Shown piece by piece: positions 22,983-32,656 of a DNA stretch of 64,000 bases. Source of the stretch: an uncultured Muribaculaceae bacterium (GTDB taxonomy: Bacteria > Bacteroidota > Bacteroidia > Bacteroidales > Muribaculaceae); NCBI GenBank assembly GCA_910578095.1, contig CAJTOZ010000012.1:4269-68268 (forward strand), written 5' to 3'. The stretch's first letter is position 1. Each line of letters begins with the position of its first letter. The position numbers were made by a program, and so were the translations under genes. Under the pieces are notes generated by a model. It saw only the letters and a program-made list of their open reading frames with translations, searched no databases and had not been told where the DNA came from.

Positions 22983-25900
22983 TTAGAAAGCGAGGTTAAG
23001 ACCGAGAGTGAATGTGCGGGGCGTGGGGTAGCGGCCGCGGTCGATGTTCTGCAGGAGCGAGCTCTGGTTGTAGGCACCGATTTCGGGGTCGTAGCCCTTG
23101 TACTTGGTGAAGGTGTACACGTTCTGCACGTTGAAATAAATCTTGGCGTTCTGCAGGAATGCCTTCTTTGCCCAGGCCGACGGGAGAGTGTAGCCCAGCG
23201 AGATGTTCTGGATGCGCAGGTAGGTGGCATCCTCAATCCAGCGGTCGCTCATGCGCTGGTTCATGTTGGCGTCGAGGTTGCTGAAGCGGGGGATACCGTT
23301 GCTGCCGGGAGCCAGCATCAGGTTGGCGATCTCATCGCCGCCATTCGGGTCGATGCGGATAGCCTGTGCGCGGTTGAGCACATCGGTGCTCTGGTTGTCC
23401 CAGATGGAGCTGAGACCTTCCACGCGCGAGCGGGCCCAGTTGAGGATATCGCCGCCGAACTGACCGGTAAGACCGATGTTCAGCTCGATGCCTTTATATG
23501 TAAAGGTGTTGGTCCAGCCGTACACGAGATCGGGGTTCGGGTCGCCGATCACTTTCTGGTCGGCATCGTTGATGATACCGTCGCCGTTCTGGTCCACGAA
23601 CTTGATGTCGCCGATCCATGCGCCGCTCACCTTGTCGATCTTGTTGTTGTAGGCTTCGCTACCGCCGGTCTGTGTGGCCCAGCCTACGATTTCAGCTTCG
23701 TTCTGGAAGAGGCCGTCGGTCTCGTAGCCGTAGAACACGCCCATGGGCTCGCCCACCTTGAACATGGTGGCTGTGCCGAATGCGTTGAACCAGTCGATTT
23801 TGCCGTAGATGATCTGCGAATCCTCGTTGAGGGCCACGATCTTGTTGCGGTTGTGCGAGAGAGTGACGGAGGAGCTCCAGTTGAAGTCCTTAGTGGTGAC
23901 GGGAATAGCGTTGATCTGCACGTCCACACCGGTGTTGCGGGTCTGGCCCACGTTGGCATAGGGAGGTGCGATGCTGCCCCACACGTCGTCGCCGCTCGGG
24001 CCGATATGGCCGGGCACGAACATCTGCATCAGGAGGTCCTGGGTCTGCTTGCGGTACCAGTCGACGGTGAAGCTCAGACGGTTGTCGAGCACGGCGAAGT
24101 CAAGACCGATATTGTACTGCTCGGAAGCCTCCCACTTGATGTTGGGGTTGGCGAGGTTCTGAGGTATATAGCCGGTGCCGAAGGGGGTCAGCACGGTCTG
24201 CATGCCCGAGCCGTAGCGGTAGGTGTCGATGTTGCTGTTGCCCACCTTACCGTAGCCGAGACGGAGTTTCAGGTTGTTGAGCCAGTTGACGTCCTCAAAC
24301 CACTTTTCCTGGTTGATACGCCATGCCAGGGCCACCGAGGGGAAAGTACCCCACTTGTTGTTGCGGCCGAACTTGGAGCTACCGTCGCGACGGATAGTGG
24401 CAGTGAGGAGGTAGCGGTTGTCGAAGCCGTAGTTGGCACGGGCAAAGAACGAAGCAGTGCTGCTGGCATCTTTCCAGCCGCTGTTGCTCTGGAACTCGCC
24501 ATCCTCGCCCATCACGTGCACGTAGTCGTTGGAGAAGTTCTTCTTGATGAGCTGTGTGCCTTCCCAGCTGCTCTTGGAGGCTTCGAAACCGGCCATCACA
24601 GTTACGTCGTGCTTCTCGTTGAAGAGCTGATGGTAGGTGATGTAGTCTTTCTGCATCCAGTAGAAGTTGTGGTCTTCACGCTGCATCATACGGTTGGTAT
24701 CGTTGCCGTTCACACCGAACTTATAGGTGGGCTGGAACGATTTGTTCTGGTTCTGCGATGCGTCGAAAGCATATTCGGCGCGGAAGGTGAAGTACTTCAG
24801 GAAGTCGGCGTTCACATAGAAGTTACCGGTCACGCGCTGGCGGAGCAGCGTGTTGTTGGTGATGAGTGCCATCGCCACGGGATTGTACTTGGAGGCGGCA
24901 TTCACGGTGTTCGGGCCGGCCCAGTTGCCGTCGAAATCGCGCACGGGAATGGAGGGCATCATGGTCATGGCCTGCATGATGATACCGTCGTTACCGTCCT
25001 GACGGGTGATGGTCTCGTCGGTGCGGGTATAGGCCAGAGAGCCACCCACCTTGAGCCACTTGGTGAAGTTGTTGTCGATGTTGAAGCGGGTGTTGAAGCG
25101 GGTGAAGTCGGAACCGATCACGGTACCTTCCTGCTTCATCCAGCCGGCGCTCATGGCGAAGACAGTCTTGTCGTTGCCGCCGGTCACGCCCACCTGGTGG
25201 CTCTGCATGAAGCCGGTGCGGAAGATTTCATCCTGCCAGTCGGTGCCGGCGCCGAGCAGGCTCGGATCGGAGTACATCTTGTCGTAGTTCGAGTCGTTGA
25301 TTATGCCCTCGTTGTAGAGCTGGGTCTGATAGGCTGCGTACTCGCGCAGGTCCATCATGTCGAGGCGCTTGGCTGTCTGCTGCCATGCCACATAACCGTC
25401 GTAGGTGATGTTGGTGTGGCCGGCGGAGCCGCGGCGCGTAGTAACCATTACTACGCCATTGGCGCCTGCGGCGCCATAGATGGCGCAGGCCGAGGCGTCC
25501 TTGAGCACGTCGATGCTCACGATGTCGCTCGGGGCGATGGAGGCGAGGGGGTTGACGGTGGTCTGGCCGTTGGAGCCACCCATCCATTCAAAACCGCCGA
25601 TGCTGGTGCTGCCGCCCATGGGCACACCGTCGATGATGTAGAGAGGTTCGTTCGAAGAGTTCAGCGAGCTTGCACCGCGGATGCGCACGGAGGTTGCACC
25701 GCCGGGAGCACCGGAGTTCTGCGTCACCTGCACACCGGCCACCTTGCCCTGGAGCATCTGGTCGGCGTTGGTCACGATGGTCTGACGCATCTGATCTTCG
25801 GAAAGCGATGCCACCGAACCGGTGATATCACTGCGTTTCTGTGTGCCGTAGCCCACAACCACGAGCTCTTCAAGAGCTTCGCTGGTGGCTTCGAGAGTCA

Positions 25901-26189
25901 CTTCGACTTTCGTACGGCCTTTGAGAGCGACTTCCTTGGTCTGAAGACCGATGTAGGAAATCACAAGTGTGGCGTCGGCACTTTTCACCTTGATGGTGAA
26001 ATTGCCGTCGATGTCGGTGGTCACACCGCCGGTCTGGCCTTTTTCAACTACAGACGCGCCGATAACGGTTTCGCCCGTGTTGTCGTAGACCGTTCCCGTA
26101 ACTGTGACCTGCGCCGTCAGGCTCATTGACACCATTGCGAAGAGTGCCAGAAGCAAGAGCTTGACGTTCAGTTTGCTACTTGTTTTCAT
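22983..26189 (-). CDS. susC: SusC/RagA TonB-dependent transporter (mannan PUL)
   Basis: LEELVVVGYG, PLYIIDGVP, VLKDASACAIYG..GANGV, RRDGSSKF, YPTPRTFTLGLNLAF. Confidence 0.95.
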   Translation of the reverse strand: MKTSSKLNVKLLLLALFAMVSMSLTAQVTVTGTVYDNTGETVIGASVVEKGQTGGVTTDIDGNFTIKVKSADATLVISYIGLQTKEVALKGRTKVEVTLEATSEALEELVVVGYGTQKRSDITGSVASLSEDQMRQTIVTNADQMLQGKVAGVQVTQNSGAPGGATSVRIRGASSLNSSNEPLYIIDGVPMGGSTSIGGFEWMGGSNGQTTVNPLASIAPSDIVSIDVLKDASACAIYGAAGANGVVMVTTRRGSAGHTNITYDGYVAWQQTAKRLDMMDLREYAAYQTQLYNEGIINDSNYDKMYSDPSLLGAGTDWQDEIFRTGFMQSHQVGVTGGNDKTVFAMSAGWMKQEGTVIGSDFTRFNTRFNIDNNFTKWLKVGGSLAYTRTDETITRQDGNDGIIMQAMTMMPSIPVRDFDGNWAGPNTVNAASKYNPVAMALITNNTLLRQRVTGNFYVNADFLKYFTFRAEYAFDASQNQNKSFQPTYKFGVNGNDTNRMMQREDHNFYWMQKDYITYHQLFNEKHDVTVMAGFEASKSSWEGTQLIKKNFSNDYVHVMGEDGEFQSNSGWKDASSTASFFARANYGFDNRYLLTATIRRDGSSKFGRNNKWGTFPSVALAWRINQEKWFEDVNWLNNLKLRLGYGKVGNSNIDTYRYGSGMQTVLTPFGTGYIPQNLANPNIKWEASEQYNIGLDFAVLDNRLSFTVDWYRKQTQDLLMQMFVPGHIGPSGDDVWGSIAPPYANVGQTRNTGVDVQINAIPVTTKDFNWSSSVTLSHNRNKIVALNEDSQIIYGKIDWFNAFGTATMFKVGEPMGVFYGYETDGLFQNEAEIVGWATQTGGSEAYNNKIDKVSGAWIGDIKFVDQNGDGIINDADQKVIGDPNPDLVYGWTNTFTYKGIELNIGLTGQFGGDILNWARSRVEGLSSIWDNQSTDVLNRAQAIRIDPNGGDEIANLMLAPGSNGIPRFSNLDANMNQRMSDRWIEDATYLRIQNISLGYTLPSAWAKKAFLQNAKIYFNVQNVYTFTKYKGYDPEIGAYNQSSLLQNIDRGRYPTPRTFTLGLNLAF

Positions 26190-26294
26190 GAACAGCTTTT
26201 AAAAGGTTAAGTTATGGATTGGTTTTGATTGATTGTACATGTTATTATATATATGTGTGCTTTTACAATGACGGTTTAAGGGTATTTAGCGATA

Positions 26295-26302
26295 CAAAGG
26301 TA
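26295..26302 (-). promoter_or_regulatory. Sigma-A -7 element (TACCTTTG) of the mannan susC promoter
   Basis: TAnnTTTG match in an AT-rich intergenic region about 105 bp upstream of the susC ATG. Confidence 0.6.
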
Positions 26303-26564
26303 GTACTATTTTTATTATAAATATAGTACTTTTTTATCTTTAACTATGCAAAACACAACTTATGTTAAATAACAGCATTTTATCTTAGTTTTAACGGCTG
26401 TTAATTATATTTTGGCGAATTTAGACCGCCGGAACTTACATTTTTATCATATTTCTCCGCTCAAGACGGCTGTACAACACATTCCGTGCAAAAATCACAT
26501 CAATCCACATTTTTCGGCATACTGATATTATTTTATCATTTTGTTGAAATAATATTAGCCATAA

Positions 26565-26604
26565 AACACAGCCCGGGCGCGAGCATTCACGTCCGGGCTG
26601 TGTT
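26565..26604 (-). terminator. Terminator after the CE7 gene
   Basis: AACACAGCCCGG...CCGGGCTGTGTT hairpin just past the stop at 26632. Confidence 0.65.
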
Positions 26605-26631
26605 ATTGCGGGAGAAAAGCAGGCAGGAATG

Positions 26632-27870
26632 TCACCACTTGCCGAAGAAGGCATCGCGGCGGGAATTCCAGTCGGAATAATCCACCGTATGGCCGCAGTC
26701 GCGATAGATGCGCAGCTCCTTGGGGGATGTGATGAGATTATAGCCCGACATATTCGTGTGCGGCGGGCACACAGGGTCCTGCAACCCTATACCCATGAAC
26801 ACAGGACACTCGATGCGGCGCGCAAGATTCTTGATGTCGAAGTAGGAAAGATTCCTATACATCTGCCCGTCGGAAAGACCGAGTTCCGATGCAGCCTCTT
26901 TCACAGCCGACGCCGGCCACCCCACGATGCGGAAATAGTCGGGAAAATCGCTCATGAACGGAATGTACGGAGCGATGGCGCGCAAGCGGCCGTCGCCGAG
27001 TGCTGCAGCGACAAGCGTCAGAGCTCCGCCCTGACTGCCACCCTCGGCATACAGGCGCTCTTTGTCGGCGCCGGGTAGCTGCTCGAGCACATCGAGAGCA
27101 CGCACGGCATCCATATAGGCGCCCTTATAATAATATGTGTCGGGATCGTCGAGATGATAGCGTATCCAGTCGCCATAGCTGTTGCGCGGCTCGCTGAAGA
27201 ACTGCCCGCGCACACTGGCCTGCATCTCTATCCAGTCGGGGCGCCCATCGGCATCGAGGGACCATGGCTTGCCTCCGTAGCCGTTGAAATACACCTGGGC
27301 AGGATATTTTCCGGGCTGCTTCGGGATGGCCACACAGGCGTCTATCGTGTCGCCGCCCCACGAGCGGTAGGTACACATGTAGATGTCGCGTTTCTCGCCA
27401 CAGCGCTCGGGCACAAGTGTCAGCGTGAGGTCCACGGGCACCTGCGCAAGCTCGGCTTTGGCCCGCGCCCAGAATTCGTCGAAATCAGGCTGAGCATCGG
27501 GCAACGACACTATATTGGTAGGCTCGTAGCCTATGACGAATTCCTCCACCACATTGCCGTCGTCGGCCACGTAGCAACGGTAGAAGCCGGGATTGGCAAT
27601 CGGAAGATCGATGCTCATCCGGGCCGGAAGCTGCACGGCGCATACGGTGTCGAACACAGCCACATCGCTCATGGTGTCGGCGGTGAGCCACACATGCAGT
27701 TCGGCGGCATTCGCACCACCGGTGGTATCGCTGAGCGAGAGATTGAGCACGGGGCGCTCAGGGGCGTTCCACCACAGATCGTGGCTCTTATCCACCTCCA
27801 CGCCCATGTGGCGCGCTCCGGCACCCGAGGCTGCCAGCGCCACAAGCGATAATATAAAAAGCTTTTTCAT
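26632..27870 (-). CDS. CE7 acetyl esterase (acetylxylan esterase family)
   Basis: PDFDEFW, VRGQ, GGSQGG nucleophile, YFDIKN, DPVCPP, GH; signal peptide. Confidence 0.88.
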   Translation of the reverse strand: MKKLFILSLVALAASGAGARHMGVEVDKSHDLWWNAPERPVLNLSLSDTTGGANAAELHVWLTADTMSDVAVFDTVCAVQLPARMSIDLPIANPGFYRCYVADDGNVVEEFVIGYEPTNIVSLPDAQPDFDEFWARAKAELAQVPVDLTLTLVPERCGEKRDIYMCTYRSWGGDTIDACVAIPKQPGKYPAQVYFNGYGGKPWSLDADGRPDWIEMQASVRGQFFSEPRNSYGDWIRYHLDDPDTYYYKGAYMDAVRALDVLEQLPGADKERLYAEGGSQGGALTLVAAALGDGRLRAIAPYIPFMSDFPDYFRIVGWPASAVKEAASELGLSDGQMYRNLSYFDIKNLARRIECPVFMGIGLQDPVCPPHTNMSGYNLITSPKELRIYRDCGHTVDYSDWNSRRDAFFGKW

Positions 27871-27909
27871 TTTTCTTACTATAGTCTATCCGCAAAAAAA
27901 CGGCAATTG

Positions 27910-29223
27910 CTACTTACGTTTTATAGCTTCCACACTCTCACGTATTATGGCAAGAGTGGTGGAATCGGATGCAAATACAGAGTTCAGTCCCTGCGGCTCC
28001 TGAGCCGGATCGCAGGTATAATCGTCCCACGGCTGCCAGTTTTCATGTGCCGGAACGCCATAGCCTCCCCACCCCCAGAAGTTGCAACCGTTGATCATTC
28101 CGGACGTGGCTATGAGGTTGAACACGCGGCTGTAGAACGCATCACGTCCGGTGGTGGGCGAACCCGGCGCATAGCTCATGCTGTCGCGCGGATAGCCGAA
28201 TTCCTCGAGCACCAGCGGCTTGCCGGCGGCATGCATGGCCTCGTAGTGCGGAGAGATGTAGGCCACGGTCTTCTCAAAGGCATGGTCCACGCTGTCGGTG
28301 AGCGTCTCGGCGCGTACCCAGCTCCAGTTGTAAGGCCACAGGTGCAGGATGCCGTAATCTATTTCGGGGGCCTCGTGTATCTTGCGCCACAGATCCATAT
28401 CGTACTCGCATCCGTGGATGCCCTCGCTACCGGTGCTCACCATGTGGTTGGGGTCCACACTCTTTATGGCTCGCGCGGTGGCTATTATATAGTCGGCGAA
28501 CGCAGCTTTCGTGACACTGTCGCCGGCAAAAGCCCTTGGCTCATTGGCCACCTGCCACGACATCAGCGCCGGGCTTTCGGCGTAGGGACGCCCGGTGTAG
28601 CGGTTGGTACGCCCTGCAATATTGCGCGCATGGGTTATGGCCAGAGCCGTGGCGGAATCGTTGGTCACGAATTTCGACATCGCCTCCATATAGGCCGGAT
28701 AGCCGTCGATTGCAGGATTGGGTTGCTTTCCGGCGCCGGCCCATTCAAGATAGGTGCCGTAACCGCCGCTCCATTCCCAGGCATTGTTGAGAAACAGCAC
28801 CGCCTTCATTCCACGCTTCTCAAGTTCGGCCATGAGATAGTCGAGACCATCGAGAATGGTATCGTTATAAACTCCGGGAGCCGTCTGAAGCACGGGCATG
28901 ATGTGAGATGGCTGCCCTTCTTCGCCGTCGCCGCCAACGAGCACACGCAGATTGTCTATGCCGGTGCTCTGCAGCAGGTCGAGCTCACGGGCGAGACGGG
29001 CGCGGTCGCCGCCGCGGCCTTCGGAGCCGAGAATGGCGCCATACCAGAAATTGGTGCCCACGTAGCGGTAGACGGAATCGCCGATATAGAACTCACCGTC
29101 GGCCACACGCACAAACTCGGGAGCAGCCTCCGCGGCACCTTGAGCGGAACCGCACATTGAGAACCCGGCACCGGCCAGAAACGCGCCGGCACCGCAAGCT
29201 ATAGCATAAAGTATCTTTTTCAT
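27910..29223 (-). CDS. GH5 beta-mannanase/mannosidase (GH5_7-like)
   Basis: YVGTNFWYG, NNAWEWSGG, WQVANEPR, LHLWPYNW, LEEFG, NFWGW. Confidence 0.88.
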   Translation of the reverse strand: MKKILYAIACGAGAFLAGAGFSMCGSAQGAAEAAPEFVRVADGEFYIGDSVYRYVGTNFWYGAILGSEGRGGDRARLARELDLLQSTGIDNLRVLVGGDGEEGQPSHIMPVLQTAPGVYNDTILDGLDYLMAELEKRGMKAVLFLNNAWEWSGGYGTYLEWAGAGKQPNPAIDGYPAYMEAMSKFVTNDSATALAITHARNIAGRTNRYTGRPYAESPALMSWQVANEPRAFAGDSVTKAAFADYIIATARAIKSVDPNHMVSTGSEGIHGCEYDMDLWRKIHEAPEIDYGILHLWPYNWSWVRAETLTDSVDHAFEKTVAYISPHYEAMHAAGKPLVLEEFGYPRDSMSYAPGSPTTGRDAFYSRVFNLIATSGMINGCNFWGWGGYGVPAHENWQPWDDYTCDPAQEPQGLNSVFASDSTTLAIIRESVEAIKRK

Positions 29224-29226
29224 GAT

Positions 29227-30711
29227 TCAACGGCGTTTTACCGGCGGCTGTTTACCGCCGAAGCATGTGGGCATGGGCGTGGGCGCGGAGGTGCGGAACG
29301 GGATAAGCGGCAGCCCCATCATATTGTGCACCTTGCCGACGGCAAAGTTCTTGAAGCAATACCGCACTTCCTTTATTTCACCGGCCTCGGGGCAGGTGAT
29401 GTGAATATCGCGCGAGGTCAGCCCCTCATAGGCGGTGGCGGGGTGCCACACACCATCGGCGCCACAGGCTTCAAAGCCTTCAAGGTATTGGTTGGGGGTG
29501 AAGCCGTCGTCGGCCCCGGTGAAGCGCAGCGTGGCTTTGTCGCCATCTACATCCATTTCCTTGAAGCGGGGGTAATTGACAGGCATGCCCTCTATGCCGT
29601 AAGCATCGGCGGCGGCCATCCACGACAGACGCTCGCCTATCTCGCGTTTCTTGCTGGCATGCACATCCTCCACCTCATGGGGATACACCAGATCGGAGGT
29701 GCACACTACGGCACTGCGCGGCGTTATGGCTGCCGCACGGTGTTGCCCCTCGCGGAAAAGGGCCGCATAGTCGGCATCGGGAGCGCCGTAATTCCAGCCG
29801 GGGAGCTCCACAAAGTAGAATGGCAACTCGCCCAGCCCCCACAGCTCGCGCCAATGCTGCACCATGTCGCGCTGACGCTTGGGATATTCCTCATGCTGGC
29901 CCACATTGCTCTCGCCCTGATTCCACAGGAATCCTTTTATGGTGTAGCGGTGCAGGGGGAGCAGCATGGAATTGTACCGCACCGCGGCGCGATGCCACTC
30001 ATCCACTTTTTTCGTCCCGTCCTTCTCGGCTTGCACGTCCTCGCCCTCCAGAGCGTTGACCATATCTTCGGGCATCCAGCTTTCGAGCCTGGAGCCACCG
30101 TAGGAGCAGGATATCACACCCACAGGCACGCCGAGGATATCCGAAAGCGAAGAGGCGAAGAAGTAGGCCAGCGCGCTGAATTCGCCGGCATTGGCCGGTT
30201 TGCTTTCTTTCCATGCGCCGGCTGTCTCGCGCTGAGGCTCATAGTCGCCGGTCTTTGGCACTGTGGCCACACGCACTCCCGGCGTGGAGCCGCTATAGGC
30301 GATGGCACGTCCGCCACCTTCCACAGGCTGTGTGAAAAAGCCGCGCAGAGGCATCTCCATATTGCTCTGGCCGGAGCAGAACCACACCTCGCCGATGAGC
30401 ACATTGCCAAGGGTGATGTCGGAGCCGTCGCCGGAGATTCGGACAGAATGCGGGGCAAAAGTAGCCGCAGGAGTGGGCAGCGTGAGCTCCCACAACCCAT
30501 CGGCACCGGCGGTAGCGCTTGCTGTCTGTCCGGAAGGCATCCACGAGGCGGAGGCGCTGATTTCGGCGCCGGGCGTGGCCCAGCCCCACAGGCGGGCGTC
30601 GGTCTGCTGCTGAAGCACCATATTGTCGCCTACGATATCGGGCAGATGTATCTCGGCCACGGCTGCCGATGCCGCAAGAGATGCGGCAGCGAATAAAAGC
30701 GTACGTTTCAT
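29227..30711 (-). CDS. SGNH/SASA-family O-acetylesterase (sialate O-acetylesterase-like)
   Basis: DNMVLQQ, GEVWFCSGQSNM, GGS, WNQGESN, DVH. Confidence 0.85.
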   Translation of the reverse strand: MKRTLLFAAASLAASAAVAEIHLPDIVGDNMVLQQQTDARLWGWATPGAEISASASWMPSGQTASATAGADGLWELTLPTPAATFAPHSVRISGDGSDITLGNVLIGEVWFCSGQSNMEMPLRGFFTQPVEGGGRAIAYSGSTPGVRVATVPKTGDYEPQRETAGAWKESKPANAGEFSALAYFFASSLSDILGVPVGVISCSYGGSRLESWMPEDMVNALEGEDVQAEKDGTKKVDEWHRAAVRYNSMLLPLHRYTIKGFLWNQGESNVGQHEEYPKRQRDMVQHWRELWGLGELPFYFVELPGWNYGAPDADYAALFREGQHRAAAITPRSAVVCTSDLVYPHEVEDVHASKKREIGERLSWMAAADAYGIEGMPVNYPRFKEMDVDGDKATLRFTGADDGFTPNQYLEGFEACGADGVWHPATAYEGLTSRDIHITCPEAGEIKEVRYCFKNFAVGKVHNMMGLPLIPFRTSAPTPMPTCFGGKQPPVKRR

Positions 30712-31661
30712 CGGTTGCGTTTAAGATAGTGTTTCACAAGCACCGCCCAGGGTTTCAGATCGCTGTCGCTCCACTCCATGCCATTGGAAGCGGCCGACGG
30801 GCGCAGCATGGAGCATGTCTCATCTTTGTCGCTGATGCTCCATGCTATCCACGATATACCGTTGCGGTCGGCATACTGCATCCATTCGTCCCACTCTTTC
30901 GGATTGATCACACCATCGCCGGTGTGCTCCATCGAGGCACATTCACTCATTATCAGCGGCAGCCCGAGCGAGCGGGCATAGTCGGCTTTGTCGCGGAGCC
31001 ATTGGGTGTGCGTGGTAGCATAGTAGTGGAGGGAGTAGAGCAGATTGTCTATACCCTGTATCTGATCCTCGGCGGCTTTATCCACTTCCTGATCCCAGCG
31101 GGGCGTGGGCACCACGATGATGCCATCGGGGTCGAGAGCGCGTATCACGGGAATCAGCTCTTCCGCATATGCTTTGCATTCCGACCAGGGCACCTCCGTA
31201 GGTTCATTCCATATCTCATACATCACGTTGGGCAGATTACCGTACTTACCGGCCACATGCGTGAAAAAGCGCTTGGCATCGGCAAGCTTGTTGGGATGAC
31301 TGTGGAAGTCGACGAGCACATAAGCGCCGTTGCGCACAGCGCCGCCAACTATAGAATCCACCACGGCGTAGGCCGCCACGCTGTCGCAGTCGAAGCCGCT
31401 GTCGAGATGCGCCACACCCACTGAGCAGCGCACCACATCGGCTCCCCAGTCGCGGGTGAGACGCTCTACGGTACCACCGTTGTAGAAACGCGGCCACATA
31501 TTGTGCCACCCCATGCTCACACCGCGCAACTGCACGGGCTGCCCGGCGGCATCCACCAGCTGCGTGCCTTCCACGCGCAACTGCCCGTGGCGTTCAACGG
31601 GTGTCTGCGCGGCAGCTGTGAGGGCGATAGCGGCCAATACGCCGCAAAGTACTTTTCTCAT
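30708..31661 (-). CDS. GH5 endoglucanase (GH5_2-like)
   Basis: HGQLRVEG, LRGVS, DFHSH, YEIWNEP, LHYYA, MSE, SWIAWS; overlaps the next gene by 4 bp. Confidence 0.88.
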   Translation of the reverse strand: MRKVLCGVLAAIALTAAAQTPVERHGQLRVEGTQLVDAAGQPVQLRGVSMGWHNMWPRFYNGGTVERLTRDWGADVVRCSVGVAHLDSGFDCDSVAAYAVVDSIVGGAVRNGAYVLVDFHSHPNKLADAKRFFTHVAGKYGNLPNVMYEIWNEPTEVPWSECKAYAEELIPVIRALDPDGIIVVPTPRWDQEVDKAAEDQIQGIDNLLYSLHYYATTHTQWLRDKADYARSLGLPLIMSECASMEHTGDGVINPKEWDEWMQYADRNGISWIAWSISDKDETCSMLRPSAASNGMEWSDSDLKPWAVLVKHYLKRNR

Positions 31662-31681
31662 ATTATAAATAAAGTGTGTGT

Positions 31682-32656
31682 TTATTTGATAGTAATGACA
31701 AGAAGCGCACCGGCGGAATGCACGCTATGCTGGGGCGCTGCAGCGGCAAGCATGGCTGTGGTGCCGCGTCCCATGTGTGTGTGCGTGCCGTCGGGACCGG
31801 TGATCTCCGCCGGGCCGCCAACGGCCATAAGTATTGTAAAACTGTCGGGATTTCCGCCCACTTCGACTGTTCCGCCGGCCACATAATCGACATTGAAATA
31901 GCGGCAGCTGACAGCGCCGGGGGTCGTACTGTCGTAACGGCGTGCCGTAGGCTCTACGGGATTGGGGAAGCGGTAGTCTATGGCATCGGCGGCGAGCTCG
32001 GTGTGAAGCTCGCGCGGACGGCCGTCGGCATCCAGACGCCCGTAGTCGTACACACGGTAGGTGATATCGCTTGTCTGCTGCACTTCAGCTATCAGCGTAC
32101 CGGCCCCTATCGCATGCAACGTGCCTGCGGGAATGAAATAAAACTGTCCGGCCTCGGCCTCATGGGCGCCTATGCGCTCCATGATGGAGCCATCGGCGGC
32201 GGCAGCGGGATATTCCTCGCGTGAAAGGGGAGCTTGCAGACCGCTGTAGATATGGCTGCCGGGCTTGGCTGCGACCACATACCACATTTCCGTCTTGCCG
32301 GGCGAATTATGGCGCTCGGCGGCAAGAGCATCATCGGGATGCACCTGCACCGACAGATCGCGCTGCGCATCTATCAGTTTTATCAGCAGAGGAAACGTGG
32401 AGCCAAAACGCTCGGCGGCCACACGACCGGTGAAATCCACGCCATAGCGTGCCATCAGCTCACATATATTCACACCTGCGAGCGGGCCCTCGGCCACAAC
32501 GCTCTCATGTCCCGGGACAGCCGAGATCTCCCAGCTTTCGCCCACTTTCTCGAGATCTATGCGCTCGCCCTTGAGGGCAGCGATGGCATCGCCGCCCCAT
32601 ATCACGGATTTATAATAAGGTTTGAAAAAAATCGGTTTGAAAAGTTCGTTTTTCAT
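31682..32656 (-). CDS. manA: Mannose-6-phosphate isomerase, class I
   Basis: IWGG, GESWEIS, FPLLIKLIDA, LSVQVHP, KTEMWY, AEVQQTSDITYRVYDY. Confidence 0.92.
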   Translation of the reverse strand: MKNELFKPIFFKPYYKSVIWGGDAIAALKGERIDLEKVGESWEISAVPGHESVVAEGPLAGVNICELMARYGVDFTGRVAAERFGSTFPLLIKLIDAQRDLSVQVHPDDALAAERHNSPGKTEMWYVVAAKPGSHIYSGLQAPLSREEYPAAAADGSIMERIGAHEAEAGQFYFIPAGTLHAIGAGTLIAEVQQTSDITYRVYDYGRLDADGRPRELHTELAADAIDYRFPNPVEPTARRYDSTTPGAVSCRYFNVDYVAGGTVEVGGNPDSFTILMAVGGPAEITGPDGTHTHMGRGTTAMLAAAAPQHSVHSAGALLVITIK

